Below are positions 1-12,761 of a stretch of 42,827 bases of DNA, piece after piece. The notes under the pieces are model-generated. The model was not told where the DNA came from, made no database searches, and worked only from the letters and a program-made list of their open reading frames with translations. Position 1 is the stretch's first letter, and each line of letters starts with the position of its first letter. The DNA lies in the NCBI RefSeq assembly GCF_006345805.1, contig NW_021834074.1, forward strand, positions 1-42,827, read 5' to 3'. Made by a program: the position numbers and the translations under genes. This DNA is from Octopus sinensis. Its lineage: Eukaryota.

Positions 1-1062
1 GTTACTGAATTGGTAAAGTGGCAAAGTTGTGAATTTTGGATTTTTATTTGAAGCACATCTGTCTATGTGGCCGCTGACAGGTATTTTCCTGTATTCAGGA
101 TTCCTAATTTGGGATTTATCTGCTGCCATCCTTTTTTCGTAGGCTGTTTTTTTCTTAGGAGAGAAAAGAGTTTGAATGCTTTAAAACGGTCCGCATAATC
201 TAAATCAGTCATGCTCTTAATTCGTTTAGTGAATGCCTTCTGGAGTGATTCAATTTTCGAGATGTTTTGTTTTGTATGGGAAGACCACAGGGGGCAGCAG
301 TATTCGAGGTGTAGCCGTACAAAGTAGGAGAAAATTGGAATTATAACACTTCGTTCTCTGGACCTGAAGGTTCTTAGGATCCAGGAGCTCATCCTAAGAG
401 GTATATCGACCTTATTGTTGATGTGGGCATTCCAACTGAGATTGTTATCAACAATTACTCCTAGGTCTCTGATATTATTAGCTGCTACCCTCTTCCTAAA
501 CGAAGAGAGTATGGTTGTTGTAGCATAGTCTTTTTTCTAAAATGCATTTTGTTTCTTTCTGTCCATTGACTCACCGCATGTAGATTAGCCTAGAGGTAAG
601 TTCGGTCTTCTTCTTCATTAATTATTTTCTGGAGCTTGGTGTCATTAACAAATATTTTCACTTTGCTGTGTTTTACGACGCGGGAAAGGTCGTTTATTAT
701 AAAGAAGAGCGGGCCCAGGACATTCCCCTGAGGGACACCACTGATGACTTTTTCTGGGTTTCAGTGGACTCCATCGAACACAACCTTTTCTTTACTGTTC
801 GTCAGGAAATACTCAATCCAGTTTAGAAGTTTTCCACGGATTCCAACATTTGCCAATTTCGAGAGCAAGATATTATGGTCAACTCTGTCGAACACTTTAC
901 TGAAGTCAAGATATACGACATCAGAGTTTGAACCTGTTCGCAAAGCCTTAAGTATATCATCGATGTGATGTAAGAGCTGTGTTAGACAGTCCATGCCAAA
1001 GGGAGAGCCATGCTTGTTTGAATTTAGGAGTTTGTGGATCTCCAAGAAGCCAGCTATACTTG
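1..1062 (-). mobile_element. CR1/L2-group non-LTR retrotransposon, reverse-transcriptase fragment (frameshifted)
   Basis: ORF 761-1078 has CLTQLL...VYLDFSKVFDRVDH...LLNWIEYFL. The minus strand near 705-742 reads SGVPQGNVLGP. ORF 63-392 has WILRTF...LEYCCPLWS. These are RT and post-RT motifs typical of CR1/L2 LINEs. Confidence 0.9.
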
Positions 1063-1099
1063 ATCTTACCACACACACACATATATGTATATATATGCG

Positions 1100-1148
<49 letters not shown>

Positions 1149-1165
1149 TATATATGTGTGTGTGT

Positions 1166-1200
<35 letters not shown>

Positions 1201-1290
1201 GTATATATATTTATATATATATGTATATTTATTTATATATATATGTATATATATTATATATATATATATTATATATATATATATATATAT

Positions 1291-1689
1291 TCTTTTACTC
1301 TTTTTACTTGTTTCAGTCATTTGACTGCGGCCATGCTGGAGCACCGCCTTTTAGTCGAGCAAAGTCGGGACTTAATCTTTGTAAGCCTCGTACTTATTCT
1401 ATCGGACTCTTTTGCCGAACCGCTAAGTGACGGGGGCATAAACACACCAGCATCGGTTGTCAAGCAATGCTAGGGGGACAAACACAGACACACAAACATA
1501 CACACACACATATATATACATATATACGACGGGCTTCTTTCAGTTTCCATCTACCAAATCCACTCACAAGGCTTTGGTCGGCCCGAGGCTATAGTAGAAG
1601 ACACTTGCCCAAGATGCCACGCAGTGGGATTGAACCCGGAACCATGTGGTTGGTAAGTAAGCTACCTACCACACAGCCCCTCCTGCGCC
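1291..1689 (-). mobile_element. tRNA-derived SINE, family A (near full length)
   Basis: Minus strand starts GGCGCAGGAG..GCTGTGTGG (A-box-like) and GGTTCAATCCC (B-box-like), has an internal (TA/TG)n tract, and ends CAGCATGGCCGCAGTCAAATGACTGAAAC plus a (GTAAAA(A)GA) tail. Matches the copies at 3722 and 10984. Confidence 0.9.
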
Positions 1690-1691
1690 TA

Positions 1692-1727
<36 letters not shown>

Positions 1728-1837
1728 TGTATATTGTCAATAGTCCATGTGTCCAGACGAGTCGCCTATATTGCTAAACGCTTTATAGGTGGAAACCAAT
1801 GACAACTCGTTGATTGGCCATAACCTTTAATTTCCTG

Positions 1838-2598
1838 TACGTGGGGATAAGTAAAACAAACTGGAGTTTTATAATATTATTTTATTTCGTAATATTAATT
1901 TTACATGTTTACACTTTTTTCGCCTTCAAAGTATTTTCCATTTGAAGCAATGCATCGATCCAGACGCGTTTTCTACTGTTTCGAATTAGTGCTGGAACTC
2001 TTACGAAGTGATGACTTTTAACGCCTCCGTCGGTTTTTGTTCTCCTCTTCCTCATCTGCAAATTCCGTGGCACCAGCATCCGTCACAAGAGGTGATATTC
2101 GAAAAACGTCCCATCAACTTCTAACTGTTCTTTCCCTTCACGACGCACTCAGTTCTCAGTCGTAACTGCTTTTGATCTTCCGTGAGCAAACGAGGGACCA
2201 ATTTAGCTGCAACTCTTTTCATTCGCAATTTCTCGCTCAAAATTCTTTGCCACGAGCTCCAGGGTACACCGATCATGTCAAAAAGTTCGTCAATTGTTAA
2301 GTGACGGTCGTCCAAAATCAGTTCATAAATTTTTATGATGCTTTCATTCGTTCGAGAGGTCGACGGTCACCTTGGACGTGGTTGGTCTTCGAGCGACAAG
2401 TGACAATTTATAAGGCGTGAAATCCACTCGTAAAATTGTGTTTGGCTCATGGTATCGTCCTTGTAAGCTGTTTGAAGTATAAGTGTTTTGGCTGTCGTTT
2501 TCCCCTGCAGAAAACATCTGTGCCAAGCGGCTTTATTTTACATGTTTCAGCTTCGTTACTATGGTAACTGTCTGGATTATTATTCATCAGACTACGTA
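1838..2598 (-). mobile_element. mariner-family DNA transposon remnant, internally deleted
   Basis: ORF 2121-2315 has RILSEKLRMKRVAAKLVPRLLT (WVPxxL-type motif). The minus strand near 1925-1972 reads KTRLDRCIASNGKYFE (mariner C-terminus). The right end resembles the TIR of 4786-5683. The catalytic core is missing and the left end is poorly defined. Confidence 0.8.
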
Positions 2599-2924
2599 AA
2601 TTCCCGAGCTACTAAAATTACCTTTGCCTCTAGAGGGATGACATAATTACCAAATTGCAATGTCGACCAGCTCCTCGTTAGGAACACGCGTCCACTGTTA
2701 ACCTCTTACACCCAGACAACCAGTATATAAGCCTGTCCTTTTCACTTAATATCATGTCAAAGCTGAAAATTTTTATTCCCGGGATTATCTCCCCTTCTCG
2801 TGTTGAGCTGCCATTTTGTAATAAGGATGCGTCCGGTAGAGGTGGAGATACTTTTAATAAACCCCGAATGTGCCTTATATGGTATCTTATATACCTCTCC
2901 ATCTCATCCTATACATACATCCAC

Positions 2925-3215
2925 CCACACGCACACACACACATGTATACAGACGCATACACAAACACACACACGTACAAAAAACACACGAGACACAGAA
3001 ACACACATACGTACGCACACACATATACAAACACATACACACACGCAAACACACACCGAACACACATGCAGACAAGTGCAAGCACACACTCACGTATACA
3101 CAAACACAACAGACACAAACACACAAACGTACACATACATATATATACGCACACCTATGCAAACACACACACAGCACACATACACACATGCAAAAACACA
3201 CACATACAACATGAT
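2925..3215. repeat. degenerate (CA)-rich low-complexity tract
   Basis: Imperfect ACAC/ACAT repeats. Source of the spurious His/Thr and Cys/Val ORFs. Confidence 0.9.
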
Positions 3216-3224
3216 CATTATCAA

Positions 3225-3298
3225 TATTATTATTATTAATATTATTATTATTATCACCGTCATCATCATCATCATCATCATCATCACCATTATTATTA

Positions 3299-3335
<37 letters not shown>

Positions 3336-3394
3336 GTCATTATTATTATTCAGGCTAATATGCCCAAGATTCCGAGTTCGATTCCAAGCAGTGA

Positions 3395-3481
<87 letters not shown>

Positions 3482-3590
3482 TAATAATAATAATATTAAT
3501 AATGATAATAATAATAATATAATAATAATATTAATAATAATAATAATAATAATAATCATAATAATATAATAATAATCATAATAACATCGA
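3225..3590. repeat. (TTA)n / (CAT)n tract, about 50 bp tRNA-SINE-like core, then (TAA)n tract
   Basis: The core at 3352-3400 contains the B-box GAGTTCGATTCC and ends GACCTG followed by (AAT)n. The left flank is (TTA)n ending in TTCAGG. Confidence 0.75.
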
Positions 3591-3665
3591 AAAAACCACC
3601 GAACCCGTTATATATGTGTTGAGTATGTATGTATGTATGTATGTATGTATGTATGTATGTATGTA

Positions 3666-3708
<43 letters not shown>

Positions 3709-3721
3709 ATGTCTTTGTGTG

Positions 3722-4096
3722 TCTGTGCGGTAAGTAGCTTGCTTACAAAACACATGGTTCCAGGTTCAGTCCCACAACGCAAGTGTCTTCTACTATAGCC
3801 TCGAGCCGACCAAAGCCTTGTGAGTGAAATTGGTTGTAGGAAACTGAAAAAAGCTCGTCGTACACACACACACACACACACATATATTGTATATATATGT
3901 ATATGCTTGTGCCTGTGTTTTGACAACCGATGTTGGTGTGTTTAAGTCCCCGTGAACTAGCGGTTCGGCAAAAAGTCCCGATAGAATAAGTACTAGGCTT
4001 AAAAGGTATAACTCCTGGAGTCGATTTGCTCAACTTAAAGACGGTGTTTCAGCATGGCCGCAGTCAAATGTCTGACACAAATATAAGAATAAAAGA
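3722..4096 (+). mobile_element. tRNA-derived SINE, family A (slightly 5'-eroded)
   Basis: GGTAAGTAGCTTGCTTAC..GGTTCAGTCCC head, internal (CA)(TA) tract, 3' CAGCATGGCCGCAGTCAAATG. Confidence 0.85.
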
Positions 4097-4153
4097 ATAT
4101 ATATATATATATATAATATATAGATATATATATATTATATATATATATATATA

Positions 4154-4195
<42 letters not shown>

Positions 4196-4725
4196 GTTCA
4201 TGTATATATATGTGTGTATATGTATGTGTGTGTGTCATTTCATATACATAAAACGCGAGGTAAGTAATTGAAGAGAGTTGATGCAAAGGAAGTGGAACGA
4301 CATAACAAAATGTGAACACAAACAGTAAAAGAAAGGGAAGGAAAGAAGGTAAAGTCTGTGAGACAAGAGCTCAATCCGGAGACGGCAGTGTTCTCTAGTG
4401 CGGCAAAAGAAATTTATTCATATACTTGCATCTACTAAATATATCTGGTCTCCAATTGAGTAGCCTGGTGACATTCTTGCATTAAAAAGAATGTATGAGT
4501 TTTCAGTGACGCATAGCTTGTATCTCTTTGATGCATTTACATTTAGTACAGATTTCTCCACGATGCTTTGCTCGCTTATTTGTGGTATCTAGATCACATA
4601 CGTGTCAAGCAAACTTAGTGGCTTTTTTTTTACATCGATATGTCGAAAGGAAGACTGATGGCTGCATGACCTTTGCATATTTAACATATTTTGTCATTTC
4701 GATTACGCTATTCTGTAGGCTTTCT

Positions 4726-4785
<60 letters not shown>

Positions 4786-4787
<2 letters not shown>

Positions 4788-5683
4788 CGGGGTCTCATCA
4801 ATAAATATCCGGACTGTTGCTGTAGTAACGAAACTGACGCACTCAAAGTGAAGCCGTTTGATATACATTGACCTTCAAGTCTGTTGTACATGCACATTCA
4901 GTTTTAACATTCTAGCTTATTTTCGCTGTTTATAGAAGTGCTTGGAAAGAACGTGTGTAACTTGCGATCGTCGCATTCACCGGGACCGAGAAAACTGAGC
5001 AGAAAATCTGCATCAAATCTTGCCTAAAGTTTGATGATACGCGCTCAGAATCCTGTGCAAAGTTTTCAAAAACTTGTCATCATTTTCGACACGATGAAAG
5101 AGATCTTGTGCAACAGGAACCCGAGTGCCTTGTTGGTCAGCTGAAAACAGTTTTGGCGCAAACTTGGCAGACATGCGTCTCATACCCAAATCGTCACTGG
5201 TAATGGACTGAACTGAACCGTAACTAATCTGCATATCTTCTGATAACTCACGGATAGTGATTCGACGATTCCCCCTCACAGCTGCACGCACATCTGCGGT
5301 GTTTTTCTCAGTTCTGCTGGTTGCAGGTCTCCCAGAACGTTCATTACTATTGACATTTTTCAGCCTTCTTGGAGAAGTCTGAAGCACTAGTACACTTGTG
5401 TGCCGCTCATACACTCCTCTCCATACACTTTCTGCAACTTTTCGTTGGCCTCTGAGCAGTTATTACCATTACAACTTTCTCTGTCATGATCAATGAGACG
5501 ATCACACACTACACAGTTTCATTTCAAGCTCTGCTGTAAAGAGCGAATGTGAGCTAGAATGCTAAAACTTAGTGCGATTGCACAGCAAAGTCCAAGGTCA
5601 ATCTGTGCCAAGCGGCTTCCCTCTGCGTGCTTCACCTTCGTTACTATGGTCACGGTCCGGATACTTATCCATCTGACCTCGTA
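4786..5683 (-). mobile_element. mariner-family transposon, about 900 bp deletion derivative with diverged TIRs
   Basis: Left TACGGGGTC..ATAAATATCCGGACTGT..GTAGTAACGAA pairs with right TTCGTTACTAT..GTCCGGATACTTAT..GACCTCGTA, with TA flanks. ORF 5013-5414 has ERSGRP...NRRITIRELSEDMQISYGSVQSI..DLGMRRMSAKFAPKL (mariner DNA-binding region). Confidence 0.85.
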
Positions 5684-6392
5684 TATATACTATTACTCTA
5701 GTCAGGGAAAATCTTTTTGTCCTAGAAAATATATTTGGAGTTGGCAGCTATGAACTCCATGTATTAAGTGTTCGTGAAAGAAAATTGGCGTAAATATAAA
5801 TAAAGCATTTTCTGGTTATTGGCTTCAACTTTGTATCTGAGGCAGTGCTGATACTTGTATCTATAAAGCACGTCGGTCGATATATTTATCTGATAGTAAG
5901 CACTTTATTTACGTCTGGTTATGTACAGTATGCCTAACTACATTCGATCGAAGAATATTTAGTTTCAAAGTAATTTTAGCACCGCCCTCATGCACACGAC
6001 CATTGGCTCCTAAACACGAACGAATATCACAGTTAATATTGAACTTGTTGTCACAATTACTTTAATATCAAACATACTTTAGGGTGAATCCATTCACGTA
6101 CGGCCTTTGTGTCCCGGTATAAGGCACGTCATGTCGATTGGAGCTCAAATCGACCGAAGAATAGTCTCTGTATAAAAGGAAATATTTCAACTCGTTTACA
6201 GGAGAAGTTATTGGTCTCCCACCAGAATTTATAATCGTAATAGTTTTAATATTCATGCTAACATTAGATATAAGTCGTAATCACACAATGCTTACATATG
6301 TCTTGGTATACCTATGTATCTTGGTATTCCTGCTAACGGAGCCGTATATGTGTATATAATACATACATCCATACACACACACACACAAACAC

Positions 6393-6457
<65 letters not shown>

Positions 6458-6531
6458 GGTTAGTATTATGCTAAACTGTCGCATGTCCACATTTGGTCAA
6501 ATACATTTTTTTTCAATAATCATTTTGCTAA

Positions 6532-7150
6532 GGCGGCGAGCTGGCAGAAACGTTAGCACGCCGGGCGAAATGCGTAGCCATATTTCGTCTGTTGTTACGT
6601 TCTGAGTTCAAATTCCGCCGAGGTCGACTTTGCCTTTCATCCTTTCGGGGTCGATTAAATAAATACCAGTTACGCACTGGGGTCGATATAATCGACTTAA
6701 TGCCTTTGTCTGTCCTTGTTTGTTTTCTCTTTGTTTATCCTCTTATGCGTAGTAAAGAAATAGGAATTTCGTCTGCCGCTACGTTCTGAGTTCAAATTCC
6801 GCCGAGGTCGACTTTGCCTTTCATCCTTTCAGGGTTTATTAAATAAGTACTAGTTACACACTGGGGTCGATATAATCGGCTTAATCCGTTTGTCTGTCCT
6901 TCTTTGTCCCCTCTATGTTTAGCCCCTTGTGGTAAATAAAGAAATAAGAAACGTTAGCATGTTGGGCGAAATGATTAGCGGTATTTCATCTGTCTTTACG
7001 TTCTGAGTTCAAATTCCGGCAAGGTCGACTTTGCCTTAAATCATTTCGGGGTCAAGAAATTAAAAACCAATTGCGTACTGCGGTCGATCTAATCGACTGG
7101 CCCATTCCCCTAAAATTTCGGACCTTGTGCCTAGAGTAGTAAAGAATATT
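6532..7150 (+). mobile_element. tRNA-derived SINE family B, composite with 3 core modules
   Basis: Head GGCGGCGAGCTGGCAGAA and B-box GAGTTCAAATTCC. The core GTCGACTTTGCC(T)..TCAT..TT(T)CGGGGT recurs near 6622, 6805 and 7023. Confidence 0.85.
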
Positions 7151-8386
7151 CCTTTTTGCTTGCAATACCCGGTTCTTTTTGCCAAATTATCGTATCTCCA
7201 GCTGCTTCAAATGTCAAGGTATCAAAAACTGACGAAGTGTGTAGTACAACGGATTTACAATGGAATGGCGGAAGTATGTTTTCGTTTTCTGAAAAAGCAA
7301 TGTTTTGGACTTACAACACTTTTGTATAATAGCAACGATACATGGCACAAACACAGACACAGACACACCACATATATGCATATATATATATGCTTATATA
7401 TATGCATATATATATATGTATATATATATATGTGTGTATATATATATATTATATATATATATATATAATATATATATATATAATATATTACATATGTATA
7501 TATATATATACACGCATATATTTTATCTATTTATATACATCTATGTATGTATGTATGTATGTATGTATGTATGTATGTATCTATCTATCTATCTATCTAC
7601 TATATATATATATTATAATATAAGCAAGAGAGAGAGAGAGGGAGGGAGAAGGAAAGATAGATATATAGACAGAGAGTGACAGACAGATTGATAGGTAGAC
7701 AGATAACTACTTACACACACACCACACACAACACACACACACACAAGTATACACACGGCCACACAGACAAATACACACATATATAGGTAGATACGTCCAT
7801 ATGCATGAGACTGGACAAAGGATGAGAAAGTTTGTTGTTTCTTTTTGAACGTTGTGCTTTAGCTTTTTTCTCCTCTATCTCTCATCGTCTCTCGCTTTAC
7901 ATGTTATTACACCTACAGATACTAAGAAAAGCACGCATTTTTACGTAGTCGTATACATTTACATACACACAGGAGTCCGCACAAGCACACACTTACACAC
8001 ACACGTACAAAAACAGGTATATTATGTTTTCGAATAAGCACACAGAGATATATAACATTCACCTTCGTCTACACATATATCTCCTCTTTCTATTATGGTA
8101 TATCCGGTGATATTGTAAGCCGTTTTATTGATTAAGTGAAAATATAACAAGATAGCAGAGAATTATTGTGAAAATTAATGAGATTATAAAACGGTACATT
8201 CATTTCAAAAATCTTTTGAAAACTATTCTAAAATGATAAGAAACTTTAAATGTGGAATGGAAGATTTCTTTAGCCAAACATTCGCATTTGTAGATTTAAA
8301 AAGAAAACAATCTGCTATGTTATACATTCACACACATATACACATACTACATACAAATGTATTATAGATAAACGAATACACACACA

Positions 8387-8418
<32 letters not shown>

Positions 8419-8448
8419 GATGATATATTATATTATATATATATATTG

Positions 8449-8480
<32 letters not shown>

Positions 8481-9548
8481 TTCTATATATATATATAGAT
8501 AATAATATATTCATACACTACACAAATATAATATATATATATATGCATGTATATATGTATGTATATATATATGCATGCCACACGCATGCATACATGGATT
8601 TGTATATATATACATATTTAATTCTTGTTTGTATAAATTCTTTTTATTTCAAAAATTCATTATTTTTGCCTGAAACCGCGAAGAAACCTTTTTTCAGAGA
8701 TTTTGACTAAGTTTTACTGACAAGAAAATCATCGTTGCTACTCTCTGATATTTCTCGCGTGTTTGCTTCGATATCAGTATATACGTGTGTGTGTATGTGT
8801 GTATATGTGTGTGTGACACTGTGGCTATGCATATGTATATATATGTATATATGTATATATATGTATATATATGTATATATATATGATAGTTTGTGTAACA
8901 GCTTTTGTTTAAGAATGTTATTTGTTGCCGCTTTTTGTATGTTTTTCTTGATATTTTGTTTTTGTTACTGTTGTTGTTGATGTTGCTGTTGTTGCTTTTA
9001 TGCATGGTATTTGTATTTCTAAAGTGTCTTTAATCTAAATTTGTTACAAAAGTTTCATCTTAATCTTTTTAATATGCACGCACGCAAATATCACACGCAT
9101 ACGCACACACACGTACAAACACACACACACACACGTACAAACACACACACACACACACATAATATTAAACACGCTCACCCACTTACACACACACACACTC
9201 ACACACATATACACACACACACACTCACACATACACACAAAAACATACACACGCTCAGGTAGACATGCTGATTCTCTGATATACACAATCGCAAATAATA
9301 CGCGCGCATACACACACGGACCCCCCCCCCACACACACACAAACGTAGCATATGTATACGCACACAAACATATACACACACATATATGCACGAACGCATT
9401 TGTGTATTACTTTTATATTTACATAAATATATAGAGACAGATATATAAAATTTTTGATTCACTCACAAAGCACACATATATACGTAGGTACATATATCTA
9501 TATACATATATATATATATATATATATGCACGCTCACACATATATATG

Positions 9549-9583
<35 letters not shown>

Positions 9584-9904
9584 ACATACACATATATATA
9601 TATGTATATATATATATATACATATATATAAAAACACTCATACACACATATATGTATATATGCTTACATACATATTCTATATACCACACACACACATATT
9701 ACTGATATACATGTATATATAACTTATAGATCTATGTCTGTATATATATTTTATTCATATACAAAAACATATATTGTATAATTCATAAATGCGTACATAC
9801 ACGCATATGCACACACACACACACACGCACACACATTTACTCCCCTTATTACGTATGATTCTAATTAGAAATAAATGAATATATAAATGTATATGAGACT
9901 ATGA

Positions 9905-9960
9905 AAGGCACAGTCGACCTCGGTGGAATTTGAACTCAGAACGTAAAGACAGACGAAACA
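9905..9960 (-). mobile_element. SINE family B fragment
   Basis: GTCGACCTCGGTGGAATTTGAACTCAGAACGTAAAGACAGACGAAA is the reverse complement of the family B B-box/core. Confidence 0.75.
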
Positions 9961-10260
9961 TTCGCCATCTTATATGAGACTGTATTTGTGCGTGTACCCG
10001 TATGTATGCTCATGAATGTAAACTAATTTTTTTCTTTTTTTTTTTGTTTCATGCGCGTTCGTCACTTCAATTACACCAATGGCGGAATAGTTACACGATT
10101 AAGTGTATTATAAATATTAAAATTCAACAAAGATTACTTGACATATCTGTCATATCAACTGTGTATGATATTTCATTATTGAATAATTTTTTTCATTCTA
10201 CACTGAATCCATTTGTGTATAGATTTTCTTTGTGTTATATAAGTCTGACTAACTTCTAAA

Positions 10261-10639
10261 CGTATCGTCGGTTACAACGACGAGGGTTCCAGTTGATCCG
10301 ATCAACGGAACAGCCTGCTCGTGAAATTAACATATAAGTGGCTGAGTACTCCACAGACACGTGTACCGTCAACGTTGTTCTCGGGGAGTTTCAGCGTGAC
10401 ACAGTGTGTGAGAAGTCTGGCCCCATTGAAATACAGGTACAACAGAAATAGGAGGAAAGGGTGAGAGAAAGTTGTGGTGAAAGAATACAGCAGGGTTCGT
10501 CACCACCCATTGCTGGAGCCATGTGGAGATTTAGGTGTTTTCGCTCAAAAAATACTCACAATGCCCGGTCCGGGAATCGAAACCACGATCCCACGACCGC
10601 GACTCCACTGCCCTAACCACAGGGCCATTGCACCTCCAC
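10261..10639 (-). mobile_element. tRNA-derived SINE, family C
   Basis: Minus strand begins GTGGAGGTGCAATGGCCCTGTGGTTAGGGCAG..GGTTTCGATTCCC (A and B boxes). The body is not shared with families A or B. Confidence 0.8.
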
Positions 10640-10983
10640 TCTAAACGTATACCAGTTGTTGATGTCCTGTTGTTTGTATTTGTAATTGTGTACCATTTCT
10701 CCGTTGTTTTTCGTCCTTGCTTTTTTATACATTCGCTTGCTTTCTTCCAAAGAGTCTACTGCTCTTAGCTTAGATTTTCTTGGGGCTGGCCAGATTGGGG
10801 CAGTCTCGAGTGTAACTGGCCGAAACTGAAAAGACGATCTGGAACTCGACTGAGGATAGTAAGCTCCGAATGACCTTGTTTTCTCCTGTCCTTTTTGTAT
10901 CGTCTAACTATTATATTTATATATACGCATATATTTGTATGCATATGTATATGTATTTACTTTTAGGTAAATGTAAATATATA

Positions 10984-11377
10984 GGCGCAGGAGTGGCTGT
11001 GTGGTAAGTAGCTTGCTTACCAACCACACGGTTCCGGGTTCAGTCCCACTGCGTGGCATCTTGCTATAGCCTCGGGCCGACCAATGCCTTGTGAGTGGAT
11101 TTGGCAGACGGAAACTGAAAGAAGCCTGTCGTATATATGTATATATATATGTGTGTATGTTTTTGTATCTGTGTTTGTCCCCCTAGCATTGCTTGACAAC
11201 CGATGCTGGTGTGTTTACGTCCCCGTAACTTAGCGGTTCGGCAAAAGAGACCGATATAATAAGTACTGGGCTTAAAACGAATAAGTCCTGGGTTCAATTT
11301 GCTCGACTAAAGGCGGTGCTCCAGCATGGCTGCAGTCAAATGACTGAAACAGGTAAAAGAGTAAAAGAGTAAAAGAG
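10984..11377 (+). mobile_element. tRNA-derived SINE, family A (full length)
   Basis: GGCGCAGGAGTGGCTGTGTGG (A-box), GGTTCAGTCCC (B-box), internal TA/TG tract, 3' stem-loop CAGTCaaatGACTG and (GTAAAAGA)3 tail. Confidence 0.92.
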
Positions 11378-11380
11378 GTA

Positions 11381-11685
11381 CTAATGACGGTAAATTAATC
11401 GAATTACTAAACCAGAAATCGGACGAACAAGAATTAACCCCACAGAAATATTTTTACTAAATCCCTTTTATTCATTTACTCACTGTCAGCCTTGTGCTAA
11501 TGCTATGGAATTTGAAATGGTTTTAGCATCATTTGACGTCTATCTCGAGCATATAGTTGCTGTTTCTCAGTACTCTTAATTATAATTACATCTACATAAT
11601 TATATATCTATATTAATTTTTACATATGTGGTTTTTGTTACATGCTGGTCACTAATAAGATCGTTAATTGATTTTATCCTTAATT
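11381..11685. repeat. diverged direct repeat, copy 1 (copy 2 at 12434-12699)
   Basis: Shared blocks TACTAAACCAGAAA, TTTTTACTAAATCCCTTTTATTCATTTACTC, TCATTTGACGTCTATCTC and GCTGTTTCTCAGTAC. Offset about 1053 bp. Confidence 0.85.
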
Positions 11686-11855
11686 ATGTATGCTTATATA
11701 TTTATTTATTCACTCAGATCCTGATATTTGCCGCGGTATTACCTTGATGAAGTACGCACGTGGTGTAAGATAATCGGATTTGCCTCGTATATATATATGT
11801 GAATATATGTATGTACTAGTATATATACGCATGTGCTTATATGGGTATGCATATA

Positions 11856-12403
11856 TATTGGGTTGTCCGGAAAGTTCGTGCCGATATATAGTAGCTTACC
11901 TTTCGACTTATTTTAGAACATGTTTGAGTCCATAAAATAGAATTTGACTACACCACCATTTAGAGCACAGTTTAAGCTATCTTTTCGTGGAAGAAGATTT
12001 ATGTTCCTATAACCTGTGTTAATACTGTAACCCTTTAAAAAGATAAGAAAGCTCATTTCCGGAACCAGACAAAACTAGCTACAGCTCGGCTGGGATGTGT
12101 TGCACCACCATCTATTTTCACCAGATATTGCTCCTTCGGATTTCCACTTATTCAGGTCTCTGCAGAATAGTATAATGGTTTAAATTTCAATTCCTTTGAT
12201 GACGTAAAAAGACACCTTGATGAATTCTTTACCATGAAACCAACTCAATTCTGGGAAGAGGGTATTTTCAAGTTAAAAAAAAATGGAGACGCATTGTGCA
12301 ACAAAATGGTTCATATTTGGTCGATTAAAAATATAATGGCAAGTATTTATTGACTTTTTTCTTTCGTTTAAAAATCGGCTCGAACTTTCCAGACAACCCA
12401 ATA
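11856..12403 (+). mobile_element. mariner-derived non-autonomous element (about 550 bp) with near-perfect TIRs
   Basis: TATTGGGTTGTCCGGAAAGTTCGTGCCGAT versus the reverse complement of the right end, TATTGGGTTGTCTGGAAAGTTCGAGCCGAT (2 mismatches), with TA ends. Internal plus-strand peptide FSPDIAPSDFHLFRSLQNS matches the mariner YSPDLAP motif. Confidence 0.92.
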
Positions 12404-12433
12404 TTTAAATTTATGTACTTTTCGTATATTCGT

Positions 12434-12699
12434 CTGATGACGATAAAGTAATTGTTTTACTAAACCAGAAACTGGACGATCAAGAATTAGTCTCAAAAAT
12501 ATTTTTACTAAATCCCTTTTATTCATTTACTCCCTTGCAGCCTGGTACTAATGGGTTGTAATTTAAAGTGTTTTTTAGAGTCATTTGACGTCTATCTCTA
12601 GCAAGTTGGTGCTGTTTCTCAGTACCCTTAATAATAATTTTTACCCATAATATATTATGTTACATGGTGGCCACTGATTTATTGATTTTACACTTAATT
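12434..12699. repeat. diverged direct repeat, copy 2 (copy 1 at 11381-11685)
   Basis: Same shared blocks as copy 1. Confidence 0.85.
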
Positions 12700-12761
12700 C
12701 ACCATGATTGATCGGTAGCCACTATACACATTTTTTTCTCTCCTTGTTTCTCTCCTTGTTT

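Noticed and set aside
10570-10639. tRNA gene calls for SINE heads (also 10984, 19401, 39410)
   Set aside because: A and B boxes are present, but there is no complete cloverleaf and each head continues into a repeated SINE body.
10780-10875. GGCCAG..CTGGCC-GAAAC hairpin and a nearby CTGAGGA
   Set aside because: The core halves are in the wrong order or degenerate, with no NUH closed by stems. At most a decayed remnant.
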